Shown in pieces: positions 1 to 11,092 of a DNA stretch of 64,000 bases (positions are counted from its first letter, which is position 1; each line of letters begins with the position of its first letter). Both the position numbers and the translations under genes were made by a program. Under the pieces are notes generated by a model, which made no database searches, was not told the DNA's origin, and saw only the letters and a program-made list of their open reading frames with translations. Source of the DNA: Stegostoma tigrinum (lineage: Eukaryota); contig NC_081363.1 of NCBI RefSeq assembly GCF_030684315.1, positions 27,964,116-28,028,115 on the forward strand. Reading direction: 5' to 3'.

Positions 1-923
1 CTTCAACCAATAACTAAAATTTGAAACAATTTATTCTTAATTAAATTGAGTCCGGCCCAAAGATCTTTGAGATTCAGTGATAAATAGTTTAACAGTTTGG
101 TGTGATGCACAAAGGCTTGCCACTCTTAAAGAGTATTGAAGAAGTGTAGCTCGTAAATTTCGTCTGTCTTCATTTCTTCTATCTTCTTGAAAGATTCAAA
201 AACAATCAAATTTTCTGGAGGAGCTGTGTGAAATTAAGCCCGAACAGACATATCAGGTGCAAAAGTCAGTAAAAGAGGAGTACAGGGAACTGTGGTTACT
301 GCTGTGTCAAGTTGCTAGAACTGTTCCATTCCAAGGAAACTTACATGGGCCATTATCCATTCCTTTATATCTACCCTACAATGACTTGCCCATCTTACAT
401 TCCAGATGTCATTTGGGTTCAACAATATTCCATGCTTTTGTATTCCACACCTCTAGTTTTAAAAAAATTGTTTTGCTTTCTTTCAGAAAGGATTTACTTG
501 TGTTGTAACCTTTAGTGAACCAGCTACTCCACAGCGAAGCTCCAACACTCATCTGTTCAAATCTTACTATTTGAATCATGTCCCTACTTGCAAAATTTAT
601 CACTTCACATTTTTCTACACTGCACTGTTTCTGCCAGCTATTGGTGTCTATTCATCTCACTATTCAATGGCCATCTACAGACCTTCACAATTCCCTCTTT
701 ATTTGCCTGTGTCCCCTGCATTTTTGCCTTTTTCTTCGCTTTTGTGGTGCAGCGGTAGTATTGTTACCTCTGGACCAAATTCAAGTCCCACCTGCTCCTG
801 GGGCATAACTGAACAGGTTGATTAAAAATGTCTATTTAGATATTCTTCCACAATTCATGTCAAGATCTTTAATATATACGGTAGATTTATGAAACTCCAA
901 TACAAACCAGATCTCTGATTTCA

Positions 924-1040
924 GGTCTAGACCCGAAATGTCAGTTTTCCTGCTCCTAATGCTACTTGGCCTGCTGTGTTCATCCAGCTCTACACCTTGT
1001 TATCTCAGATTCTCCAGCATCTGCAGTTCCTACTATCTCT
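924..1040 (+). mobile_element. Solo 3' terminus of Penelope-like element family 1 (diverged)
   Basis: ggtctagacccgaaatgtcag...ctgctgtgttcatccagc...tctccagcatctgcagttcctactatctct matches the terminus at 4602-4720. Confidence 0.8.
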
Positions 1041-2164
1041 ATTAAACTCAATTATGATTTCTGTAAACATTACATAAAATAAATCACTTTATTGAATGTT
1101 AAACATTTCTCACTCTCTCAAAATTCCACCTTACCATATAATTTCTTAATTATTAATGTTAATACAAATTTGCTACTAGTAAGTGTAAGTGTGCCACATG
1201 GTCAGCAGAACTGACAATCCTAAATTTGTTGTTAGAATAATTATTTGCATATTCAAGAGTATTTGGCAAATGTTGTCAAATTTCAGCATCATATATAATG
1301 CCGGATAATGTGCTTTGAGTCTTGTAAACCTGTGTGAAACGCAGCCGATACAACTCAAATAATGGTAGATCATATCAAAAAGCATATCCTTTTACCTGCA
1401 GGTATTAAAACTATCCAATCAGCCCTCACCTTCAAAACACAATATTCCAGCTGTAGTCAGTGTCAAGGTTGACATTTATTACAACTTAACTTTTGTACCT
1501 AGATCACTTTACTCAAAATCAAAACTCAGTTGGATGTTTACAGTATCACCTATCAGAAGTGCTCCCTTTAACTAAAACTCACCCAAATTCCTCTAATCTT
1601 TCAAAGTAAATTAATTTTTGCCCAAATAAAATGAACCACCTACAATTCCTATCTGCCATTTTATCCATTTCCCTTAATAACTTTCGTTTGTCCTCTGATT
1701 TACTATGATTCTACTTTTGTACTCTGTTGAGTCAAATGCTAATCCTCTAAAATATCCTGCATGGGCCTTATTCTTATATAACATATCCATCGTGTGTGTT
1801 GTAGGCACCCTACACCTCCTGAAAGTATATCAAGCACAAGTCCTTATTTCTGAAATCTGTACTGTGTCCTCCTAAATTAGTTTTAGTCGAACGTACTTCC
1901 GAGATATAGCAGTTGCTCTCTGTTGTGTTTTTATGTCACCCTTGTCTTTTTCCTTTTCATATTTGTCACAATGAATCCCAAAAAGTTTCTGGATGGGGAA
2001 CAAATCTGAACAAGAGCATGGAAATGGGTTCGATCCCAGGGGGGCCGGGGATGGGGGAGGAGACAGAGGGACGGTGGACTAAAAATCCACCTCCGCCTAC
2101 TTCTGATAATTCCAGCGTTTAATCTCGAAAATGCGAGAGTTTCACAACTTAAAGAATAACATAC

Positions 2165-2310
2165 CTGGTTAAAGTTAAGCGCTGAGGCCGATGCCCCGCG
2201 CCCTTTACGGGCCGGCCTGGATTTCTCCTTTCCTTCTCCTCAATACACGAGCCGGACTCCGGCTCCCGCTGCCCGGGCCGCCATCTTGTCTCCGCTACGT
2301 CAGCGGGTCA
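2165..2310 (-). other. Probable first, non-coding exon of a divergently transcribed gene (likely CPSF2, by synteny only)
   Basis: CpG-rich; minus-strand donor CAG|GTATGT at 2165/2164; in human CPSF2 lies head-to-head with NDUFB1. No CPSF2 coding sequence was found in the window and the 5' end is approximate. Confidence 0.5.
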
Positions 2311-2580
2311 GAGGTGAATAGACTCTACCACCTCTCTCATTCCTCCCCATATTCCGGGTGTGACTGTATCCACCGCTTGCCCTGGTTGTAGAGAGGTGGC
2401 CGCTTAGGTGAAGGTGAGTGAGTGTAGACCCACCGGTTACAGGTTCAGCTCCTCTCAGGCGGAACGCCGACTACTCGAGACCCTGGCCCTCCGTCCCTCC
2501 TTCCTCCGGCCTAACCAGACTCGGTGTCCCACCACTTTCCTTACCGTTGTAAAGGTCAGAGTCGGGCCCGCTGTCTCTTA
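2180..2580. promoter_or_regulatory. CpG-island bidirectional promoter with a YY1 motif
   Basis: High CpG density against the AT-rich flanks; GCCGCCATCTTG (YY1 consensus) at 2277-2288; ETS-like TTCCGG near 2353; outward-facing splice donors at 2164 (-) and 2414 (+). Confidence 0.7.
2345..2413 (+). other. NDUFB1: NDUFB1 exon 1 (5' UTR, start approximate)
   Basis: Strong donor AAG|GTGAGT at 2413/2414 in the CpG island. Exon 2 has an acceptor only 4 nt before its ATG, so an upstream non-coding exon is required. Confidence 0.6.
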
Positions 2581-3131
2581 AACCCATCTGCATGCGGGCA
2601 ATAAGTGAACGTTATATATTTCAAAACTTGTAGCAAGCACACACACAAAAGGTGCGGATAGGGAGGCACTTGAGTGGCTTCAAATCTTTGGATTGGGCAA
2701 ATAGTCAATGCTGTATTCTTGCAGAAATTCTGGGAAAGACCAGGAGAAGAATTATGCAAATAATTAATGTTTGCATGTAGAAACCCGAGAAAAGAGTTGG
2801 GGCGGGGGAGTCACTTGCGTTTGTTTTTTAAAAAAAAGTTACTTATCGGAGTTTAGAAGAATGACAAGTAACCCGATTGAAACGTCGAAGATCCTTAGGG
2901 GGCTTGACAGGGTACAAAGAGTACAAGCAGGTTGTTTCCCCTGATGGGAGAGTCCAGGACCAGAGGGCATCATCCCCTGAGTAAGGAGACACCCATTTAA
3001 AGTGAGGCAATAGCCTAGTGGTATTATTGTTGGACCATCAATCTACAGACCCAAGTAACGTTCTGGGGATAATAAAATGTGAGGCTGGATGAACACAGCA
3101 GGCCAAGCAGCATCTCAGGAGCACAAAAGCT

Positions 3132-3159
3132 GACGTTTCGGGCCTAGACCCTTCATCAG
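3132..3159 (-). ncRNA. Minimal hammerhead-ribozyme-like motif (PLE family 1)
   Basis: Reverse complement reads CUGAUGA-A-GGGU-CUAG-GCCC-GAAA-C-GUC; stem I is only about 2 bp. Confidence 0.6.
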
Positions 3160-4592
3160 AGAGGGGGATGGGGGGAGGGAACTGGAATAAATAGGGAGAG
3201 AGGGGGAGGCGGACCGAAGATGGAGAGTAAAGAAGATAGGTGGAGAGGGTGTAGGTGGGGAGGTAGGGAGGGGATAGGTCAGTCCAGGGAAGACGGACAG
3301 GTCAAGGAGGTGGGATGAGGTTAGTAGGTAGCTGGGGGTGCGGCTTGGGGTGGGAGGAAGGGATGGGTGAGAGGAAGAACCGGTTCGGGAGGCAGAGACA
3401 GGTTGGACTGGTTTTGGGATGCAGTGGGTGGGGGGGAAGAGCTGGGCTGGTTGTGTGGTGCAGTGGGGGGAGGGGATGAACTGGGCTGGTTGAGGGATGC
3501 AGTGGGGGAAGGGGAGATTTTGAAACTGGTGAAGTCCACATTGATACCATATGGCTGCAGGGTTCCCAGGCGGAATATGAGTTGCTGTTCCTGCAACCTT
3601 CGGGTGGCATCATTGTGGCAGTGCAGGAGGCCCATGATGGACATGTCATCAAGAGAATGGGAGGGGGAGTGGAAATGGTTTGCGACTGGGAGGTGCAGTT
3701 GTTTGTTGCGAACTGAGCGGAGGTGTTCTGCAAAGCGGTCCCCAAGCCTCCGCTTGGTTTCCCCAATGTAGAGAAAGCCGCACCGGGTACAGTGGATGCA
3801 GTATACCACATTGGCAGATGTGCAGGTGAACCTCTGCTTAATGTGGAATGTCATCTTGGGGCCTGGGATGGGGGTGAGGGAGGAGGTGTGGGGACAAGTG
3901 TAGCATTTCCTGCGGTTGCAGGGGAAGGTGCCGGGTGTGGTGGGGTTGGAGGGCAGTGTGGAGCGAACAAGGGAGTCACGGAGAGAGTGGTCTCTCCGGA
4001 AAGCAGACAGGGGTGGGGATGGAAAAATGTCTTGGGTGGTGGGGTCGAAACAACTGCACCTCCCAGTCGCAAACCATTTCCACTCCCCCTCCCATTCTCT
4101 TGATGACATGTCCATCATGGGCCTCCTGCACTGCCACAATGATGCCACCCGAAGGTTGCAGGAACAGCAACTCATATTCCGCCTGGGAACCCTGCAGCCA
4201 TATGGTATCAATGTGGACTTCACCAGTTTCAAAATCTCCCCTTCCCCCACTGCATCCCTCAACCAGCCCAGTTCATCCCCTCCCCCCACTGCACCACACA
4301 ACCAGCCCAGCTCTTCCCCCCCACCCACTGCATCCCAAAACCAGTCCAACCTGTCTCTGCCTCCCGAACCGGTTCTTCCTCTCACCCATCCCTTCCTCCC
4401 ACCCCAAGCCGCACCCCCAGCTACCTACTAACCTCATCCCACCTCCTTGACCTGTCCGTCTTCCCTGGACTGACCTATCCCCTCCCTACCTCCCCACCTA
4501 CACCCTCTCCACCTATCTTCTTTACTCTCCATCTTCGGTCCGCCTCCCCCTCTCTCCCTATTTATTCCAGTTCCCTCCCCCCATCCCCCTCT

Positions 4593-4620
4593 CTGATGAA
4601 GGGTCTAGGCCCGAAACGTC
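4593..4620 (+). ncRNA. Minimal hammerhead-ribozyme-like motif (PLE family 1)
   Basis: CUGAUGA-A-GGGUCUAGGCCC-GAAA-CGUC; predicted cut after C4620; stem III is reduced to palindromic ACGU. Confidence 0.6.
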
Positions 4621-5078
4621 AGCTTTTGTGCTCCTGAGATGCTGCGTGGCCTGCTGTGTTCATCCAGCCTCACATTTTATTATCTTGGAATCTCCAGCAT
4701 CTGCAGTTCCCATTATCTCTAACGTTCTGGGGACCTGGGTTTGAATCCTACCATGACAGCTGTTGGAATTGGAATTCAATAAATACCTGGAATTAAGAGG
4801 CTAATAATGACTATGAACCCGTTGTTGGAAAAATCCATCTGGTTTACTCATTCCTTTTAGGGGAAGTAACTGCCATCCTTACCTAGTCTGGCCTACATGT
4901 GACTCCAGACCAACAGCAATGTGGTTGACTCAGGGCAATTATGGAATAAATGCTGGCCTAGCTAGCCACACCCTCATCCTGTAAATGAATTTTAAAAATT
5001 TAAAAAGTGATGGGGATTTTTTTTTCCTCTGGGGATGATGAACCTGGAATTCTCTAACACAGAGCTGTCAAAGCTATG

Positions 5079-6656
5079 ATAATGGGAACTGCAGATGCTG
5101 GAGAATCCAAGATAATAAAATGTGAGGCTGGATGAACACAGCAGGCCCAGCAGCATCTCAGGAGCACAAAAGCTGACATTTCGGGCCTAGACCCTTCATC
5201 AGAGAGGGGGATGGGGTGAGGATTCTGGAATAAATAGGGAGAGAGGGGGAGGCAGACCGAAGATGGAGAGAAAAGAAGATAAGTGGGGAGATAGGGAGGG
5301 GATAGGTCAGTCCAGGGAAGACGGACAGGTCAAGGAGGTGGGATGAGGTTAGTAGGTAGGAGATGGAGGTGCGGCTTGGGGTGGGAGGAAGGGATGGGTG
5401 AGAAGAACAACAGGTTAGGGAGGCAGAGACAGGTTGGACTGGTTTTGGGATGCAGTGGGTGGAGGGGAAGAGCTGGTTGTGTGGTGCAGTGGGGGGAGGG
5501 GACAAACCGGGCTGGTTTTGGGATGCAGTGGGGGAAGGGGAGATTTTGAAGCTGGTGAAGTCCACATTAATACCATTGGACTGCAGGGTTCCCAAGCGGA
5601 ATATGAGTTGCTGTTCCTGCAACCTTCGGGTGGCATCATTGTGGCACTGCAGGAGGCCCATGATGGACGTGTCATATAAAGAATGGAAGGGGGAGTGAAA
5701 ATGGTTTGCGACTGGGAGGTGCAGTTGTTTATTGCGAACCGAGCGGAGGTGTCCTACAAAGTGGTCCCCAAGCCTCCGCTTGGTTTCCCCAATGTAGAGG
5801 AAGCCACACCGGGTACAGTGGATGCAGTATACCACATTGGCAGATGTGCAGGTGAACCTCTGTTTAATGTGGAAAGTCATCTTGGGGCCTGGGATGGGGT
5901 GAGGGAGGAGGTGTGGGGGCAAGTGTAGCATTTCCTGTGGTTGCAGGGGAATGTGCCGGGTGTGGTGGGGTTGGAGGGCAGTGTGGAGCGAACAAGGGAG
6001 TCACGGAGAGAGTGGTCTCTCCAGAAAGCAGACAGGGGTGGGATGGAAAAATGTCTTGGGTGGTGGGGTCGGATTGTAGATGGCGGAAGTGTTGGAAAAT
6101 GATGCATTGTATCCGGAGGTTGGTGGGGTGGTGTGTGAGAACGAGGGGGATCCTCTTTGGGCGGTTGTGGCGGGGGCAGGGTGTGAGGGATGTGTTACGG
6201 AAATGCGGGAGACGCGGTCAAGGGCATTCTTGACCACTGTGGGGGGAAAGTTGTGGTCCTTGAAGAACTTGGACATCTGGGATGTGCGGGAGTGGAATGC
6301 CTCATCGTGGGAGCAGATGCGGCGGAGGCGGAGGATTTGGGAATAGGGGATGAAATTTTTGCAGGAGGGTGGGTGGGAGGAGGTGTATTCTAGGTAGCTG
6401 TGGGAGTCGGTGGGCTTGAAATGGACATCAGTTACAAGCTGGTTGCCTGAAATGGAGACTGAGAGGTCCAGGAAGGTGAGGGATGTGCTGGAGATGGCCC
6501 AGGTGAACTGAAGGTTGGGGTGGAAAGTGTTGGTGAAGTGGATGAACTGTTCGACCTCCTCTGGGTAGCAAGAGGCGGCGCCGATACAGTCATCAATGTA
6601 ACGGAGGAAGAGGTGGGGTTTGGGGCCTGTGTAGGTGCGGAAGAGGGACTGTTCCA
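5079..6656 (-). mobile_element. 5'-truncated Penelope-like element B (RT C-terminal half + GIY-YIG, frameshifted)
   Basis: RT motif FLRYIDDCIG and thumb FLDLSV...TDVHFKPTD in ORF 6001-6702; GIY-YIG in ORF 5158-5931; TSD CTGTCAAAGCT(A/G)TG at 5065-5078 and 6657-6670. Confidence 0.92.
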
Positions 6657-8217
6657 CTGTCAAAGCTGTGTTATTAAATAAATTCAGGCCTGAGATAGAC
6701 ATACAGGTTTTTAATCATTAAGGGAATCGAAAGTTGTGAGGATAAAGCAGGAAAGTGAAACTGCGGATTAATGGATCAGCCGTTAACTCATCAAATGGTA
6801 GTGTCGACTTCTCCTCCTACATCTTATGGCCACATAGGAATTGAAACTCTCTGCCCTTCCTTGGAAACACTTTCACCTAGCTGGTGTTTATCACCTTGTG
6901 TCTAGTATCCCTTTTTCCTTGATTCACCTAACTAATCTGATCTTGACTATTAGCAAAGTTTTGCCTCAACCACCACTCTCAGAAATTTCTCAGTTGTGGA
7001 AGTGTTTGTACAGAAGTTTTCCTTGGCTTCTTTTTGCCCTGAGCAATATTGATTCCTTAGCCAAAATCACTAAAAATGAGCACATATATCTTATCTCACT
7101 GCTGTTGGCACAGCATTGCTGTATGCACATTGGTTACATTGCCTAGAATTTGACAGTGACTATACTTCAGGATTTGTTTGGCTGTAAAATGCTTTCTGAC
7201 ATTCAAAGACAGTGAAGAGGTCGATATAAATAGTTCTTTCTTCAAATCTCTTGCAATTTATGCCGCCTTTTCTTGATATTAATTGAAGTAGTCAGCACTT
7301 ATCGCGTAATGAGATCTGGTCTTATGGACGAAGTTGGTCTTTTTTTTCCTCTGTGTGCTTACTTTCTGAATGACAGACTGAGAGAGACTCAGTGCCTCTA
7401 CCCGAGAAAGCAGGATGAGACGAAAACTAAAGCAGGAGAAACAAATAATTTAATGGGAAGATTGTAACGTTTTCAGAAAGATGGTTTTAATTTCAAACTT
7501 TTTGATTATTTAAGCCACTGATGAGATTTTCTATATTCCAATTTTCTCTTTTGATCCCAAGTAGTGAATTTGTGCCATGATATTTTGAATAGGTTTTTAA
7601 CTATGTTGCAGTTTTACAAGTCAACTTTAATGTTGGAAAATATTTATTGAAGCTAGTCAACTGTTTAGTGCTAAGGCTATTGTGCACAATGCTAACATTC
7701 TACTGTTGAAGATACTAATCAGCAGAATATTAGCTGACAGTTATTATGTAATGAATTGACTGTCTAATATGCGATCAGTTGATAATATTATAAACAGAGT
7801 ATGTAATTAGAATTTTGACAGCAGCGTCAGTCCACTCAGTTGAAATACTTGGCTGCCAAGCCAAAGTTGCTAAAAAAAATTAATAAATGAATCCACAATG
7901 TAACAAAAAGCATGTGGTAGTCATTAAAAAAAGTCTTCAGATCAGAGAACCAGCAGTCTTCCTGGAACTCATTTTCCATTGGAACTCATTGCAAGACTGA
8001 GTAACTGTTCCTTCAGGTGTTAGTATATTGCCGTCTTGGTGCAGCCTTTTGCACTATTTGTAATTTATAACCACCTTTAGGTGATGGTGTGCAATTCACA
8101 AATGTATGCACAGATAGGGCTCATGTCACTTGTATACATGGATTAAAAAATCATAGATATAATTTTTCTCTTAAATTGTCAGAGACAATAAATGGTCAAA
8201 ATAAATGTGTATTCTTG

Positions 8218-10500
8218 AGAGAGATAATAGGAACTGCAGATTTTGGAGAATCCAAGTTAACAAAGTGCAGAGCTGGATGAACACAGCAGGCCAAGCGGCA
8301 TCTTAGGAGCAGAAAAGCTGACGTTTCGGGCCTAGACCGAAATGGGGGAGGGGGAGAGAGTTCTGAAATAAATAGGGAGAGGAGAAGATGGGTGGAGAGC
8401 AGATGGACAAGTTAAAGAGGCTGCATGGAGCCAGTAGAGGTGAGTGTAGGTAGGGAGGGGATAGGTCAGTCCGGCGAGAACGGACAAATCGAGGGTGCGG
8501 GATGAGGTTAGTAGGTCGGAAATGGAGGTGCGGCTTGAGATGGGAGGAGGGGATAGGTGAGAGGAAGAACAGGTTAGGGAGGCGGGGACGAGCTGGGCTG
8601 GTTTTGGGATACACTTAAAGGAGGGGAGATTTTGAAGCTTGTGAAATCCACATTGATACCAGTGGGCTGCAGGGTTCCCAAGCGGAATATGAGTTTCTGT
8701 TCCAGCAGCCTTTGGGTGGCATCGTTGTGGCACTGCAGGAGGCCCAGGACGGACATGTCGTCTAAGGAGTGGGAGGGGGTGTTAAAGTGGTTCGTGACTG
8801 GGAGGTGCAGTAGCTTAATGCGAACCGAGCAGAGGTATTCTGCGAAGCGGTTGCGAAGCCTCCGCTTGGTTTCCCCAATGAGGAGGCCACACCGGGTACA
8901 GTGGATGTAGTATACCACATTGGCAGATGTGCAGGCAAACATCTGCTTGATATGGAAAATTTTGGGGCCTGGGATGAGGTGAGGGAGGAGGTGTGGGGAC
9001 AGGTGTATACTGCATGGGCCCAAACTATGCCTGCCTCTTTGTAGGGTACGTGGAACAATCCCTCGTCCGTACCTACACTGGCCCTAAACACCACCTCTTC
9101 CTTCATTACATTGATGACTGTATCGGCACTGCCTCGTGCTCCCACAAGGAGCTCGAACTGTTCATCCACTTTACCGACACCTTCCACCCCAACTTCGAGT
9201 TCACCTGGACTATCTCTAACACCTCCCTCGCTTTCCTGGATCTCTCAGGCAAGCGCCTAGAAACCAATATCCATTTCAAGGCCACCGGCTCCCACAGCTA
9301 CTTAGAATACACCTCCTCCCACCCACCTTCCTGCAAAACTGCCATCCCCTGTTCCCAATTCCTTCGACTCTGCTGCATCTGCTCCTAGAATGAGGCATTC
9401 CACCCCAGTACATCTCAGATGTCATTGTTTTTCAAGGACCTCAACTCACCACCCCATCCCCTACCCCCATGGTCGAGAATGCCCTCGACCGTGTCTCCCG
9501 CATTTCCCGCAACACATCCCTCACATCTGGTCCCCCTCGTCCTTGCGTACCACCCCACCGACCTCTGGATCCAATGCTTCATCCTCCAACCCCACCACCA
9601 AAGACATTTTTCCATACCCACCCTTGTTTGCTTTCCGGAGGGACCACTCTCTCCATGACTCCCTTGTCTGCTCCACACTCCCCTCCAACCCCACCACACC
9701 CAGCACTTTTCCCTGAAGCCACAGGAAGTGCTACACTTGCCCCCACACCTCCTCCCTCACCCCCATCCCAGGCCCCAAGAAGACTTTCCACATCAAGCAG
9801 ATGTTCACCTGCACCTCCGCCAATGTGGTATACTGCGTCCACTGTACCTGGTGTGGCTGCCTCTACATTGGGTAAACCAAGCAGAGGCTTGGCAGCCGCT
9901 TTGCAGAACACCTACGCTCGGTCCGCAATAAACAACTGCACCTCTCAGTCACGAACAATTTCAACTTCCCCTCCCATTACTTAGACGACATGTCCATCCT
10001 GGGTCTCCTGCAGTGCCGCAATGATGCAGGAACAGCAACTCATATTCCACTTGGGAACCCTGCAGTCCAACGGTAACAATGTAGATTTCGCAAGCTTCAA
10101 AATCTCCCCTCCCCCAAGTATATCCCAAAACCAGCCCAGCTCGTCCCAGCCTCCCTAACCTGTTCTTCCTCTCACCTATCCCCTCCTCCCACCTCAAGCC
10201 GCACCCCCCATTTTCCACCTACTATCGTTATCCCGCCCCCACGACGTGTCCATCCTCCCCAGACTGACCTATCCCCTCCCTACCTACACTCTCCTCAACT
10301 GGTTTCATCCCCATCTCTTTAAATTGTCTGTCTCCTCTCACCTATCTTCTCCTCTATCCTCCCCCCCGCCCCATTTATTTCAGACCCCTTTCCCCCTCCC
10401 CCATTTCTGATGAAGGGTCGAGGCCCGAAACGTCAGCTTTTCTGCTCCTAAGATACTGCTTGGCAAGCTGTGTTCATCCAGCTCTACACTTTGTTATCTC
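8218..10500. mobile_element. Penelope-like element fold-back insertion C (older, decayed)
   Basis: Left arm (-) about 8218-9008 with GIY-YIG; right arm (+) about 9009-10500 with RT MGPNYACLFVGYVE...HYIDD and GIY-YIG carrying stops; TSD GTGTATTCTTG at 8207-8217 and 10501-10511. Confidence 0.9.
10407..10434 (+). ncRNA. Minimal hammerhead-ribozyme-like motif (PLE family 1)
   Basis: CUGAUGA-A-GGGUCGAGGCCC-GAAA-CGUC. Confidence 0.55.
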
Positions 10501-10632
10501 GTGTATTCTTGGTATGTACAGAGCTTATGTAGATATAAGATCCGCATGATATGCAGATAGGAATGCAGCACTGTTTAATCAGGAATTTGGCTTCTGTATT
10601 TGAGTTTCCTTTGTTTTTCTTTCCTCAGCATA

Positions 10633-10769
10633 ATGAGTCTCATTAACATTGTACGTGAACATTGGACAAATATCCTTGTTCCTCTGGGATTTGTGTTGGG
10701 ATGTTATCTTGACAGAAGAAACGACAGCAAGCTTACTGCTTTTAGAAACAAAAGTTTGTTGTATAAACG
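10633..10769 (+). CDS. NDUFB1: NADH:ubiquinone oxidoreductase subunit B1, coding exon 1 (exon 2)
   Basis: Translates [45 protein letters not shown](R), matching vertebrate NDUFB1; acceptor ttcctcag at 10628, donor CG|GTGAGT. Confidence 0.96.
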
Positions 10770-10859
10770 GTGAGTGAGAGATTTACAGTTTGATTCCATA
10801 TTTTCTTATTTACAGATTAATTTGTACAGCTGCAAAGCCCTTATTTATTTTAATCCATG

Positions 10860-11092
10860 ACGGGGAGGTGCCAGTGTTGAATCGGGTGGACAAAGTCGGA
10901 AGTCAGAAGACGCCAGGTTACAGTCCAATAGGTTTATTTGAAATCGCAAGCTTTTGGAGTACTGCTCCTTCGTCAGGTGAAGTGACGGGAAGCACACATG
11001 CGCAGAATTTATAGACAGTGATTTCTCTTGTGCTTCTGTTTTCAAATAAACCTGTTGGGCTGTAACCTGGGTGTCATGTGACTTCTGACTTT
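10860..11092. mobile_element. Short palindromic element, family 3, with a decayed hammerhead-like core on the minus strand
   Basis: Arm 10892-10943 is the imperfect reverse complement of 11040-11092; minus strand 10980-10944 reads UCAC-CUGACGA-A-GGAG-CAGUA-CUCC-AAAA-GCUU-GCGA. Confidence 0.65.

Larger units (their letters stand above)
3070..4719. mobile_element. Penelope-like element (Neptune-like) fold-back insertion A
   Basis: Left arm (-) 3070-4047 encodes the Cys-rich linker CNRRKCYTC and GIY-YIG VVYCIHCTRCGFLYIGETKRRLGDRFAEH; right arm (+) 4048-4719 is the inverted 3' part; TSD TAACGTTCTGGGGA at 3056-3069 and 4720-4733. Confidence 0.92.
3003..4990 (+). mobile_element. tRNA-derived SINE (3003-3069 + 4734-4990) interrupted by PLE fold-back A
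   Basis: A-box-like tagcctagtgg and B-box-like gggtttgaatcc are rejoined when the insertion is removed; LINE-like tail aataaatgctggcctagc; related diverged copy at about 49580-49925. Confidence 0.7.
2843..6830 (+). mobile_element. CR1-type LINE 3' fragment split into three pieces (about 2843-3002, 4998-5077, 6657-6830) by later insertions
   Basis: The pieces join into a typical CR1 ORF2 end/3' UTR (gagtttagaagaatga...gggagagtccaggaccagagggcat...aagggaatcgaaag...cctacatcttatgg). Confidence 0.65.

Noticed and set aside
257-825. Cluster of short ORFs as coding exons of the minus-strand gene
   Set aside because: No recognisable CPSF2 or other protein sequence in any frame I could read
3321-4385. 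354-aa minus-strand ORF with a GIY-YIG domain as a novel gene
   Set aside because: It crosses the inversion junction at 4047/4048; its N-terminal part is antisense PLE sequence, so it is a by-product of the fold-back
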